From Trichoplax sp. H2 (lineage: Eukaryota), in NCBI GenBank assembly GCA_003344405.1, contig NOWV01000139.1:62001-126000 (forward strand): a stretch of 64,000 bases of DNA, given 5' to 3'. Below, piece after piece: positions 25,574 to 39,987 of this stretch. The notes under the pieces are model-generated. The model made no database searches. It was given only the letters and a program-made list of their open reading frames with translations, and was not told where the DNA came from. Every line of letters begins with the position of its first letter. Position 1 is the stretch's first letter. The translations under genes were made by a program, and so were the position numbers.

Positions 25574-27653
25574 TTAGGCATCACCACTCGCAGTTTTTAC
25601 TGGTTCTGGCTGAATAGTAGCAGTTTGAGTTTGAGTAGGGGCTACAGTATACCCCCCAACAGGCGCAACTTGCGTGTACGTTGGTTGAGCGGGTTGGTAT
25701 TGCATTATGACTTGATCATTAATATGAAAACAAGAAAATTAGTATTTGCTACACTAATTATTCTATTTAAATTATCTGTGCATAATCTTACGCAAACTAC
25801 CATACTTAAACTATTTAACTTAACCTTAAGAGATATCATAAACACACGAAAAATATCACACTTAATGCTACTGAAATGAGATAATTCATAAATGCATGGA
25901 TGGAAGAGGTAAAATCTTTCCATAAATAGAAAAGGCAAACTCTTTCCCTAATAGCATAGTATCCTCTGACAACACTTGAATATTACGATTGATTTGATTT
26001 TCTTTACAAAATGATCATAGTATCAATTAGAAGATAGTCAGGAATAGCCTACAGATCACAATTTGTGATCATATTTAACATGAAATTATTATTACCTGGC
26101 TGGTTAGGATATTGTTGGTTAGGGTATTGTTGGTTAGGATATTGCAGCACAGTTAGAACTTGACTTTTACCTTGAAATTGGACTGTGTAAGCACCCTAAA
26201 ATTGAGGCCATGATATCAATATATCTATTTATGATTACTCAACAAATTCATATACATATTTTAATCTATAAATCAGTAATAAATGCGAGCCAAAAAAGGC
26301 TATTTAATAAGTGAAATTAAAGCATGAACATAGAAAGCTTGATATGTACAGTATCATATGCAGTCTTATAAAGGATTAATTTTTTAACGAAGAGCAAGAA
26401 CTGAAGAAATTTATTATTTTGAGATAAAATTTTCATATTTTATAAGATACTGAAATTGTTTCACTAACCGGTGGGGTAGGTTTACAATAAATTTCTTTAC
26501 TTAAAAGTATGATGAAAGTCAAACTGCAAGAAAAGCCAATTAATGCAAAAATCATTGAAACAATGTTGAACCATTCCGTGTAACGAGCGCCGTAGTTAAA
26601 CATAAAGCCAAGGCTTAAGCCAAAGTGAGGTAATGATAAAATAAAGCTCATTATCGAGAAAGCATAGAAGGTGTTCATCTATTAAAAATTACAACAGCCA
26701 GATAAAATGAAGTAATTAGTTGTAACGATCATTCCAGTCGTTAAGGTAATTATAAGTAGGTAATTAGAATTTAATTGTTACAGTTTGGAATGTTTTACGC
26801 ACATTGTATTTGATAATCAGAATTACCTGATGAACGTCGTTTTGTTTCTTGTAAGTAACAGCGGCTAAGATTCCACATATGAAATACTGCAGCAAAAAGA
26901 TTTCGAAACTTGAGTTAAAATTTATCTTATTTCGATGTTATGATACATTTTCAGAATGTGACAACAATACTAAGGCATATATTAGATAAATGGTCATTGT
27001 ATTATAGTATTCAGGGTATTCATTTATGACCGTAGACAGTTAAATTAGTTAAACTACAGTAGTTAAATTATACAAAACCTGGAAAACAGAATGATAGTGA
27101 AATAGTGTATCAGAGAATTGAAAACCTTGTATTACATCTACTGCAGTAACAATGATAGTAATTGATTATACTGGTATTTATATTTGTCAAGACTCCCTTA
27201 CGTTATGGAAGTACTAGATAGGAAACGAAAGCTCGTCAATATTAGAAATAGAAAGAATTGCTCATTACTGTCAAACATATTTTCAGTAACAACTTTATCA
27301 ATGCTTACAAATAATCCTCCCCAAATATCTCCGGCGTACCAACTGGTTGGATTATAATAGGTATAAAAAGTATGAGAATGGGGCGAGTAGCCTGTATAAT
27401 TGGCCTTGAAAATTCCAACGACACCGAATATCACACTGGCTAGGCCAGACAGGCTCAAGAAGATGCCAAGTCCTAATTGGGTGGAGCGAAATTTAATCGG
27501 TAAAAATTTACCATGTGGTCTGCACACACCGGTACCAGAAGGAGCCATATTTTGTTTGTGTATTATTTGTGGCTGCTGGACAGGAATCATTTGTGCTGGC
27601 TGTTGAATTACTAGCGGTTGTTGGACGTATTGTGGTTGAGCAGGAGTAGCCAT
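25574..27653 (-). CDS. CD20/MS4A-like four-TM protein, paralogue 5 (~283 aa)
   Basis: Exons 27653-27309, 26886-26827, 26678-26469, 26195-26096, 25710-25574. Open frame. TM2 reads YAGDIWGGLF|YFICGILA. Confidence 0.88.
26100..26144 (-). repeat. Coding 15-bp tandem repeat x3 (QYPNQ)
   Basis: Three copies of TTGGTTAGG(A/G)TATTG in exon 4 of paralogue 5. Paralogue 3 has one copy. Confidence 0.9.
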
Positions 27654-30600
27654 TTTGTTTTATGTCAGTCTAGTGTAAAATCGAATGACATAAATTAGTT
27701 ACAATTGGAGTTTATTACCTCTAATTAAGGCTTAAGCGTAAGGTTTACGTATCAGACTTCAATTTCACTGTATACTCACTTTTTTCGTTTATTTTAAGGA
27801 TAGAAGAAAAATTAACTATAGTGCATACGTATAATTCTATGCTATCGTGACAAAGTGTCTTCAAAATGCTAAACAAGAATTATTGTTTCTTTTGAAACTT
27901 CATCTTATCACCTAAACTTGGTTCCTTTAACGTACGACTATTATTACTCCGTGGTTTACTAATATTAAAATCTCACAATCGACGTTCAACTATTTCCGTA
28001 CAATATTATTATTTTATCTAGACTAATTTGGGGCTGTGCTACCGTTATCGAGAGTGTTAGATCATGCTTTGCTGAAGCTGAAGTTAACTACTATTTAATA
28101 ATTCTAAGTTAATATCTCTTGTTATAATTAGATAGGCCATGTTTCGATAAAGATAATTATCCTGATAATAATAGAAAAAAATTACTATTTCTCTTCTATA
28201 TAAGCATGCAACTTACTGTAGTGTACTTGAGGTAAGTTGCCAATCTACGGTCTTGAAAAAATGACTTAACTGGCTTTTGGTAGTCTATATATATAGCTAC
28301 AGCATTTATCGTATTGTCTACCAGTCTATTGAAATATACAAATTACTTTGAGCAAATACGGCATGATACGTATGACATCACGTAAAGCGATAGCTCACAG
28401 TTAATTATTGATTGAGACTGAAAGCCATGGCAACGGCATAAGAGTTACTATCAATAGTTGCGTGGAATATGATATATAATTAATTATTATAATTATTGGA
28501 CATTTAATGTAGCTAAATAAATAGAATAGCGAAACGCCTAGATACCTTTGATCATCGTAGGCAACAGAATAGAATTATATTCTTCTAACTATTTGATATT
28601 AATTAAAGGGGACTGATTTTATAGCATGTGCTGTAAATTTCAGACATAAATAGTCTAATCCTGAAAAGTATCTCATGTTACAGTAACTATGTAAGCTAAT
28701 TTTGATATGAGTAAGCACAAGCATAATTAAAACATTCTTATACAATTATGAAGCTTTTATTCCATGATAGTTGATATTGCTACAAGTAAGCACTAGCGCA
28801 ATTAGAAAAAATTTTTAAATTATGAAATATTCAGTCCTCATGATGGTCATTACTAATACGAGTAACAACTACCATAATTAAGAAAACCTTATATAACCAT
28901 GTGGTATTCTATCCTTAGTTAGCCCTTATTGATATGAGTAAGCAATCGTATAAATTAGAAAAATCTTGAAAACCTATCTATTATTCTATAATCTTGTTAA
29001 CTTTCACTGCTCTACATTTTAATTTATCTTTGATTGATTCCATATAACAAATTAAAAGCTGTATGATTAGCCATGATCGTTATCACATAGTGTAATATAT
29101 TTTCTTGAAGATTTCCTTTGCATACGGCATGATTGCTTAAAAATTAAGAGTATGAGATAAAACTTAGCTCTACCATTTATTAGTATTCTAGCTAGGTGAT
29201 GTTTTAATATTATTGTTAGCAATTGATGATCTGTTATTGTGAAGATAATGACCAACTGCTAATAAAATATATTCGCACTGCCTAGAATGTTAGCATTCAC
29301 ATAGACCCTATATCTGTATTAATCATCTTAATGACACCGTTATTGCCTACGCAGAGATAAATTAGCATAGTAAATGAACTGGATATTACAGATGTAGATC
29401 TGAGTACTAGCAAAATGTATCTTTTTTATAGTTACTGTAACGACCGTTATGTTTCAGTAAATGCTAATTAACCTACCAATTTAAATAGTAAAACAAAATT
29501 GTTGTATTATTGCGAATTAGATGAATATTCTAACGTTATTAAATTACTTACTTTAGCAAAAATTTTCAACATTTCAGACGTCAAAATACGTATGAATAGT
29601 GTAAAGGTCCTTTATTCACAACTATACGATAGATAAATTAAAAATATAATAAACTATTTCTATAAATACTTGATAATAATTCTGTCAGAGTGCGGTAATT
29701 TATATGGTAAATCACGTTTTTACGATCCATCATCCTCGTATGAAAGTGTTTAACTTTGGCTGCGTTTGTATCAAACAGGATAGCATAATAAGTATTAAGG
29801 CTAACATATTTATAAGACATTAGCATCAAAAAATTAGCTTTATGTGTTCTAAAGATTATCACGAAGGTGAATAATTAAAATAACTTCGTACAAGCACAAT
29901 GATCCCGTAAATTGCAGATTAAACTACAATACTAAGTATTTAAAGACAAGATAGATCTAGATTTTGGCTTTTACCCTCTTTAAAACTTTAAACAATATGC
30001 GTATTCAACTGAACAAGCAATCCTTTAACGTCAAGTAAGTCGATTCGATGTATGTCTGTAACTTGCTATTAATTTTTGTGAAGCTAAATAATTCTGATAC
30101 CCTCTCACAGCCCTATTTTGTTGTTATTTTATGTCAGTATAATGTTAAATTCCTGTACAATCAGCGCATTGATTTTAGTACTAGTAATCACGAGGAAGCA
30201 ATAGATAAAAAACTAAAATAATGATGTAAACCTCATAGAATAAACCTAGATTGTTGCTTATGTAATTATTAACAGCAGATAGATGGTTGAGCTATGAATC
30301 TTTGATTGTATTCCACAGACACAATAATCCTTAACTTTTATCTACAATAACTGCCGTGTGACGCTATGGTTTTACTAATGGCATTTGTCTGCTATAGGAA
30401 TAAAGATTTTAGAGGTTGCTGTTAACATTTTTCAATTTTGTTTGCTTCCTGACAGTCAATTTCTAATTCTAGAATTAGTAAATCATTCGCCTGTTTGCAT
30501 TGACATCCACACCCGATACTAGTAAAACTTGCTGCTGCCTTAAAATAAATCAGTTGCTTCCTGTTAAACTCATTAGAATGTTGTATTATAGTAAAGTTTA

Positions 30601-33029
30601 AATATGCTTTAGTAATTAAGATTTCCGACAACTTATTTTTTGTTCTTATATTTCTGATGAAGTAAATTTCAAAAAATAAAATTTACGAAATAAAGAATAC
30701 ATGGAGAACCCCCGGCATTAGTAAAGTATTATGATGCCATACTCAAAAAGATCAGCAGATGGGATTTATTGTAATGAGGCAATAAATTTAATGTAATTCG
30801 CCCTTTTACACCTATTATTAGTCATTTAATCTTGAAAGAATACCCCGATATCTGAAGTTAATTGTTCTAATGTACAGACATTAATGCACTGTCAGCATTA
30901 TTCAGTTACTCAAAGGCGCGATCGAAAAGTAGGTGAATTTTAGAAAACTGGTAGGCTTAGTTAATGCTCATAATTATCATAGCTATAAATCATGAGCTGA
31001 TGACTTTAATATACAGTAATACACAATCAGTGCTATAAAATTTAACTATAACGCTGAAAATATCGCCTTTACATATTCTATGACAGCCATGGACAAGAGT
31101 TAGCAACATCCAATGTTGCCCTAACGCCAACATTGTTGTAATGATATGCAAGGGCGTAGGTACTAAAGACTCGCTGCCTAGCGATTATCGGTATAACAGA
31201 AACGATTCTGCGTATTGCTTAATGAACGATATCTCTTATTTAAATTCTGATTGTTGGCAAATAGAGGTTAGATCAATAAGTGATGGGTTAGCTGAGAAAT
31301 CTAGCAATAGTGACATTCATTTCAGTATATAACTTTGTTGACGGTAGATATTTCTTCGTAGATTTAGTGTACTTTACGAGTAATAATACTACAGCGTAAC
31401 TATAATTTGAAAAGCTTATGTGTTTACCTAACATTTAAATTCAGAAACATAGATAAATTACATTTTGCTACTCTTAATGAGCATAATATACTGTGCTTGC
31501 CACTTCAGTTTATTTAATTGCACAATATGTAAATTGTGTTTCAATGTAACTGTAATTAATTTTTTTAAAGAATCCTAGAGTCTGGTCAATCATCAATTAA
31601 ATAAAATAGAAGCGCATCTCCAACTTAACAACAGGATTATATTCTTACTAGTACTGGGAGTAATTACAGTATTTAAAAAATACATAATATTAAAACTTGA
31701 TAGAGTAGAGAGAATGACTGACATAATCAGATACGGATAAAACTCGTTTATGTGATACACAATCAAAATAACGACCTTTAGGTACGATACAGTAAATCTC
31801 CCAGGCAAGCTGATATATGACTATGCAATGATGATTAGAAAGAATGATATTTGCAATGTCTCCCAAGTATTGTAAGAAACAACCGATTTAATCAGAGGTA
31901 ATCCTTTCCTAAGGCTATCAAGAAGATGAAGAATATCTATTTTAAGCCGCGTAGGTATAGGTTTAAACAGCGATGATTCCTCGCTTAGTCTGTAAGATAT
32001 GCATTCTCATACTGCAATTAGATGTTATCAGGATGTAATTATGACAGGTTTAATAATATTAAACTTAGTAAAGGTCATTAATGCTAGAAATTATATTTGA
32101 CTTATTCGTAATACCATCCTCAAACAAGTAGAATTAAGTAGAACTACAAACTATGCAATAAAGGGTGTTGTATGCAAATCAGAAAGGCAATGTATATTTT
32201 GTTAATTATCGGGATCTCATAAATGACTTTTACCGTTACTTAGTTAAAACTGAAAAGTCATTAAGGTCACTAAAGATTGTATTCACTTTGTTGTTTAAAT
32301 TTAAAAATAGACAGGCAGCCAAGATCTTATAGAATTTTAGAGCTCTAGAGAAAAAGAACGAAGCTTTATGTACCTCAGTTAAATGATTGGTTTCTATGAT
32401 TAATCAAGAATCGATATAACACTTAAAAGAATTTCAGGACCATCGTTATCGTTAAATAAGATAATGAGATTTTTTTGGAGAATTATATTTAACGATTTAT
32501 TTAGTAATAATATCTTTGTATGAATATCAGTCAATCATTAATAGTAAAAGAATCTAATTCTGATATATTAATTTCTTTTCATAACTACTCCTACGTATTA
32601 AAATTTGTGTTTCGATTTCCAAATTTTAAGTATTTATCTGTTATTAGAGTAGCATAGCACCGGTAAGACCTATAGTAAACACAGAGTTAGATTCACAATA
32701 TCAGCTGTTTTTGCGGTTATTGTAGAACTACATGTCTATTAATTTTATCAGATTTTCATGCATTTCAGTAATGATAAAAATTTCGTAATGAAGTAGCTTT
32801 TGGTAGACAAAACATTATTTCATCAGCCTGGTATAAATCACTATTAAACTTTGTATATGGATGTGGTTATCTCTTACGCTATCATCAATGCTTTGCTTAA
32901 CGATTACGTAGAGTATGAATGCTATTAATTAATATACTTGGAAATATTGCTTAATTATGCCTAATATGATGGAAATAGAGTGCAAATAGTCTAAAAATTT
33001 AAATAATACCTAGATGATTCGGAGATTGA

Positions 33030-34476
33030 TTAATATCGAGCAGGATCACCTTGGAACTTGATTGCATATGGGGTCTATAACACATTAGTAAAAATTAAGA
33101 ATAGAAACTTTATTTATAACCTATTCTATGAATACTTCAGTAATGTAATTCGTATAGTCTTTATGGCAACGACATCTGGCTGTTTTCTACTACCGTGCAT
33201 TTTATTGCTCTTGCTATAACTACAAGTTATTGTACTAAGCATTTAGGAATAGAGCTGCAATGACTATTGGTCAACATTATGTTAATTTGGCATAAAGTAC
33301 AATCTAATAGCAGCATGTCTTAAATTATTAAATTCGAATTATGTGACTAACTTGTGGCCCAGAAATGCAGAAAATATTTTTTAGTAAAAATCTTATAAAA
33401 ACGGCGGAAATAAGGAATCCAATCCCTGCCAAAACTAAGGAGGCGATATTGAACCACATACTCAGTGCGACTCCATATACAAACATGAAACCAAAGCTCA
33501 CACCAATATGTAAAACTGACATGGATAGGCTTATAATCGTGAATGCATAATAGCTATTCAGCTGTCCATTTGGAAAAGAAGGGATGCCACATATGTCAGT
33601 TTTATATTCATTTTAATTTAAATTTTTCGACAATTTATCTTATATTAATCTGTAGTAACAATCTAATTTAATTCAGTTTTATTACTCCTAATTTACCAAA
33701 TGAAAATTTTTTCGCGCATTCTGATGTTCTACTATAGCAAAGATACCACAAACAATATACTTTAATAAGAAATCAAAAAATGAACACAATCCACGTTAGT
33801 ATTGCCTGTAGAGGGTATATAAATCAAGGAAAAATGGCAGGACCATGCTTATAAAACGCATTAATTAATTAAACTCAGTGCATCTCTTTCCATAAGTTAA
33901 AATCATAAAATTTGACTGTAATCCTGAAGATAATATTGTTTACTTTATTGCTGCTTCTAGTTAAGTTATTCATATATAACAATATTAAAAATGCTATCGT
34001 CCTTTACCTACTCATATTAATAACTCTAAAAATCTGTAATTTTTATTCTTTATCAACCCAACTTGGGCGTTATTATACACTAAATTATTAAAAAATGAAT
34101 TTATTATACCAAAATAAAAATAAATCATTTAAGAAATACATGATACAGGCATTCTTTACGGCTAAAAATTACTATAAAGTTATTGACTTACAAAAAACCC
34201 TGCCCAAATGTCTGCGCCTACCCATGTTGTGGGATTATGGTAAACATAGCCTTGCAAATGAGAGTCAGGTACAGTTGTGGTAAAAATTCCAACGATGCCT
34301 AAGACCATGCTAGCTAGACCACATATCATTAAAACGATTGCAAGTCCAAATTGTGCTGGACGGAAATTAGAAGGTAATGATTTCCCATGTGGAATACAAT
34401 ATCCTGGATTCTCAGCGGGCAGATAAGAAATAACTTGAGGCATTTGGCTTTGCTTCGATACTACTGGAAGAGACAT
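33030..34476 (-). CDS. CD20/MS4A-like four-TM protein, paralogue 6 (~200 aa; short C-tail after an apparent exon-4 frameshift)
   Basis: Exons 34476-34192, 33759-33697, 33561-33352, then 33074 onward (TPYAIKFQGDPARY*). All four TMs are intact. The old reading (..NQSPNHL|GT) survives in another frame to 33010. Confidence 0.75.
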
Positions 34477-36291
34477 ATTGCTATTCGATGAAGATGCTGT
34501 AGCTCTAAAGATTTTCAAAAAATAACATTAATTAAAATCAATGGCCAACTTTTTATATCTCTATAACAATAACTTCAATGAACCTCAATCTCCATAATCA
34601 TGTAATAAGCTTGTATATTTCATAAACTGAATACAGTATTGCACTTAATGTACTGTTAAAAGTAAACTACTTGGTACACAATCTCCATAATAATGTTAGC
34701 TGGAAAAATGAACAAGTTAAAAATGGTATGATACATGATCTAAAAAAAGACAATCTACGTTTATTTCCACAAATTTTGAAATCTATCATAGTATAATGTA
34801 TACAAATTTTACGTTAGATCTGTATATATATTCATATACATGATTGATGATGGCATCTATACCGTATTTAGATCTTGCAACTGTACCTTTTGCACTGCCT
34901 CTGCAAAATGAGCGGTTTAAAATTAATTTCGACTTAATAAAAGTTCCCTTTTATATGTTCCGATAATTGTATGCTCCTCCTTTTATCAAAATGGTACAGT
35001 GCGACAGCAACTGTAACTTTTGTCAGCTGAGCCTATATCATAATTTCGTTGCTATAGTATATTGTTAAGAATATGGTAATAAACCAGAGGTATTAATAGT
35101 ATCATTTTTGGCATAGCTGCATTTGATCATACTGTATTATATGTATTTTTAGTATTCAGAGATTATCCAGAAATAGAATGTCATTACATCAGTGATAATA
35201 CGCTGCGCGTTCCGTACTCCACTTTAAGCACTGTATATAACGGTTTTTACCTTGATGACATATCGGTATTAAAAGGTCTTATTAATTGTAAATAAATAAT
35301 GCAGCAAATTAAACATTCGCATTGTTACCATTGTTTCATGCAAATAGAAGTTAGATTGCAATCAGCAAATTAAATTTTAAAGGAATATTGATCATAAGAG
35401 CCGAAGCTACTGTGTTACAGTATTGATTTATATTGATGCAAGCTGTAATAATGAACTATTTTATTAAATGAACAATAAAGGAATAATTTTAATGTAATTC
35501 ACAATAGCTGCTGCAGTTTTGTCTCGATTGCTCCTTCTCACTTAGACTGCAAGATCGCTATCAAAGAGAACTGCTCTATTCGATAGGGTCTGCATGGTCT
35601 CTTAAGTTATAAAAATTTTGTCGCAAATTCACGTTTTATGCAGTGTATGGTGTTCTGCATGGTAAAGACATTTATGATATCGCGATACTATACTGTGTAG
35701 TACAACTACTGACAGCAAAGACAAATTTTTGTGGCACTTTTCTAAGACGCTTCTGCAACACTCTGTTAATTTCAATCAATTACATCATAGCTATTTTCAT
35801 ATTGACAAGCTGGAAGAAGAACTAGCAACCTCCGCATTGGAAGTACAATATTCGTAATTTTATATAGCTATTTTGGCATAAACTAACGAAAATAACCAAT
35901 ATTCTCTCTTAGCCCTTTAGTTTGCCTTCTTTACACCCTAAGTCTTAATGTTGTAGAAGTAATATTCCTATCGATTAGACATGAATGTATAATGCATACC
36001 TTTAAAGAATTTCGATTATGCGTACTTTGATTTATTTGCTATATTTTATTAGTTGTTCCACAATTACAGCCAAGTTGCATATAAAGTCTATACAAAAATA
36101 CGATTTAAAGACCAGTCAGCGATAGTAAGGTATTTTAATTTTTCAGCAGAGCACTATTTCCATTTTTCTAATAATGCCCATAATCAAAGCTTAAAATAAT
36201 ATACAGTAATTCGCTAATATGTTGCCATGCTGCCTTGAGTAAATTAAAGTCTTGGATGGATAAATATACAGTCCTTTAGGTTTGACGCTAC

Positions 36292-36727
36292 TGTCACGGT
36301 ACGAACTACCGTGAAGAAATAGCTATTTAAATTTGGTTAATATAATATAGTGATATTATATTACAACTAGTTACTTACAATAGGAATTACTCTAATTATA
36401 AAAGTGTTACAGTAAATTTAATGCTGTACTGCAATGTGCTCTGAAATGATTCTGTGAATGGATATATTGTAGTCCGACTGTAAAAAATTAGTTTGTAGAT
36501 GTTCTCACCTAAGTATTTTTATAAGATGACTCGTGAATGTAAGCTGCTGTAGAAGGGTATATAAGCCCGTCAGATAATTGAATAAAGTAGTTCTCAATTG
36601 TCTAGTTGAGTTTAACGTAGAATCAAAGGCGTCTAAATTCTTGTGAGTAGGGATACTGAATCCCGGAGACTATAGTAATTTAGAGATATGTTTTACGTTA
36701 TCCTTGTCACGAAGCTGGTTTGTGACA
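36292..36727 (+). mobile_element. Solo LTR, family A (436 bp)
   Basis: TGTCAC...GTGACA termini with a perfect TSD GCTAC (36287-36291 and 36728-36732). Internal TATATAA at ~36558 and AATAAA at ~36581. Confidence 0.93.
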
Positions 36728-38029
36728 GCTACTCATATAATATGAAAAATAAAGTAGCAAAAACCTAGAACCTTAAAACCAGAAAATTGGCAACGTATAT
36801 TGAATGGACACATTGATATGGCTTAGCGCATTTCATACAGTACATCTCATATATTCTTACAATTATAGCATTCTCAAGTTTAAAACACTGTATATTTATA
36901 AACCACCATACTACTTAGTCTTTATCTTAGAGGTTACTACAATAAGTAATCGTTGTCTGTGATACTGAATGCACTTGAAGCTAACTAAGCCGTAATTATT
37001 AAAGACGCATTATAGATGCATTTAAAAGCGAATATTAAAGTATCAAAATGATTTTCAAGTTGTATTACGGGAAGAATTAATTTTAACTATCGAATCATAA
37101 TTCATTCCGTAATTCAAAACTGCAATTATTCATATTTAAATGCTACAAATGTTGTGAATTATTTCTATGACACTGATATTATCAATATCATTAGAATCAT
37201 ACGGATCACATTCAGCTGTTCGCTTTTGCCGATAACCGAAATTTGATTACTCTACTAAATGAAGAAATAACCTACCTATTGCTTTTTGCAATAAATAGGC
37301 ATGTTTAGTAATTATAAAATAATTAATTCAGTAGATAACCTTAAATTGATTATATACCATCTGAAGATGTCGTCTAAATTAAGCTTAAATGTTGCGGTAT
37401 GATTTTAGAGATCAATTATATCTAAATTACGGCAGCATCTAGGAAAATCAGTATAGAAATTTGGGCATGTTATTCTGAATAAATGTTATATACATAAAAA
37501 ATCATAGCCTAAATTTGTAAAGTATAACAGTCTCATGAAATGGTTACTTACCTAGCAAGATATGGAAGTTAACACGTTTTATTCTGCAAGATTAAAACTA
37601 TTTAATTTATACGCTAAATTACGATAGATTTTGTGAAAGGATTAGATGAATATCGCTATAATAATGGTACCGGTACTCCTAATAGTGTCCATTCGATCAG
37701 AATAGTTTATAGTATCTATAAAATAAACAGACCTTATCAAATTTTAAATATAATTCTGCTCCTTATCTTTTGATCGAAATTTTAGCGTAATTCTTACTGT
37801 GAGTATTTCTAAATGATTAATAATAGAATTAGAATCGATTTCGTCTTAAAATGAAAATGGACCATCATAATTCTCTGCTATGATTTTAAGTATAGTTCTC
37901 GTATTAGACTTTGACAGTAATAATGTAAGCACCAAATAAAGTAGTTTTGTCAATTTAGCCAAAACGTAATACCATTATTCGTGAATCATAGCACTAATAG
38001 TTGGACTCATCGGTAATTGCCCTCGAAAA

Positions 38030-38310
38030 GTAATTTACTCGTCCAGATATCTGTAACACTTTCCGTGAAAATTGATGAAATCCGTTAAACAAACTGATCA
38101 CCAAATTATTATCACATTACTAAAATTCCACCAGAAACGATGATCAACGGTTCAAGTATCCAAATACTGGTAGAATGCTAAATTTGATACCCTTCGTAAT
38201 TATATCCGATATATTTACTAAGTATCGCCATATGTATCTGCTACTATGAGATGCGGCCCTGAGATTTAAACCATTATATGTTTAAATGCCTTTTCAGTGG
38301 CAGTAGCCAT
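38030..38310 (-). pseudogene. Possible highly degenerate MS4A-like exon-1 relic
   Basis: ATG GCT ACT start like paralogues 2 and 5. Fragments LIIVSGGILVM and VTDIWT occur in the expected order but are broken by stops and frameshifts. Confidence 0.3.
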
Positions 38311-38334
38311 CCGACTATAGGAGCCAAGAGATAC

Positions 38335-38885
38335 TGTAATGTAACATAGTATTGTGATAGTAGACTGTTAGCCATGTTTAGTATAATGTACGGTAGATAT
38401 TTATCCTAAGAGATATTTGGTAGCTATAACTATAGACTGTAGTGGTATAGACTCTATGCTAGAATACTGACGACTATTTACAGTAAGGTGTTGAGTTACT
38501 AATAAGGCTATAGGTAAAAATAGAACTGTAAATCATATATTAGGATATGGTTAATTCATTGTACTTTGACTGGTGTGAATAATGTCTACGTAAGTACTGT
38601 AGTTGTATCAATATTGGATTAATGATGGTCCGCAGTAGAATAGTGTTACTGAGAATAATTTAACTATGTGTAATATAAGGTAAAAGGTTGCCATGTAGAT
38701 TGTAGCTGCAAATACTACGAAAAGTATAAAAGCATGCAACTTTAGATTATTCTGTTAGTTCGTTGTAGAAGTCTTTAGAAGTAGTATTCGGCTAGAGTAG
38801 AGCTGTGTGTAGTTAATCTTTGTATAAGATTCAATAAAGCCCTTATTTTTCTAAATTTGGAATTTCGTGATTGGTATATATCACA
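38335..38885 (+). mobile_element. Solo LTR, family C (551 bp)
   Basis: TGTAAT...ATCACA termini with a perfect TSD GATAC (38330-38334 and 38886-38890). TATAAAA at ~38725 and AATAAA at ~38833. Homologous to 21099-21660. Confidence 0.93.
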
Positions 38886-39987
38886 GATACAAAGCAACAT
38901 GAACAGGTCATTAAATGACCAATTTTCCGTAGATTTAAGACTGCATGCATGAAACTTAATGGGTGACAGATAGACAGCTTGTAATCTTGCTATCTAGGAA
39001 CTGCTGCTGCTTATTGAGAACTTAGAACTAAGCTCTACTAAATATCAATGAAAGTAAGAAATGATAAATTTATGTTATTAATATAGAATTACTTAGAGCA
39101 GTAAATATAATAGCTAGATGAATACGCGTATTAATCATATTCTGATATTAACGCATCGAAATAAATTCGTTATATCAAACGTAAGTAGTTACTTTCAGTT
39201 TAAGTTTAGCCGGTATCTTATACAATAAATACTATTTAATTTTGATAGAACTTATAGCTTAGAGTACGGAACTATATCTAGCGTAATTTCTCTTGGTAAA
39301 AATTGGATGATTTCTGAAAGCTACAAAACGATTTGATCTTCGCAAATTAAATTGCAATTGTCGTCATAATAGTATAATATGTACTTGGTATAGCTTTTCT
39401 TTAGTTGAGTTATGGAATTATCAATTTATTATCTCAATGCTATCCGGTCACTGCCGCAGCCATCATTTGTACTATCAATTAGTGCAATGATGATTTATCA
39501 TGTAAAGTTGATAAATTAACATCAAAGCTACTATAAATTTTATCATGACTTAGTAATGCAGAACTAGACAACCAGCATTTCGCTTATAGCAAGCTATTGG
39601 ACTAAATCTTAGTTTATACGGCCTTTAGTAAAAATTTTAAAGCAAGATGAACTGATAGTAGAGTACACGATTTATTGGAAGCTTTTATGCTCTGTGAGCG
39701 CTTCAGATATTATTTTATCAACATTTAACTTTATCCATTTCTTAGTTTAATTGCCATCAAAAAGCTCAGAAAAGTACTTAGTCAATATTATAACAAAGCT
39801 GTAAAGTTTGCAAACAGTTAGGACCTTCAGCTATAATACAAAACGAGCCTTTCGATACTGTCACAAAGAAATAAAAGCTGTACAGTGTCGGTGAAGAAAA
39901 CTTCATAAAAGAAATGACAATTTTTTAGGTAATTAATATATCATCGTGCTTTGAGATCTTGCAATCAGTACTACTTTCCGGAGAGAT

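Noticed and set aside
28000-32500. Short ORFs in the long spacer between paralogues 5 and 6
   Set aside because: No family motifs, splice-consistent exon chain or repeat structure could be supported.
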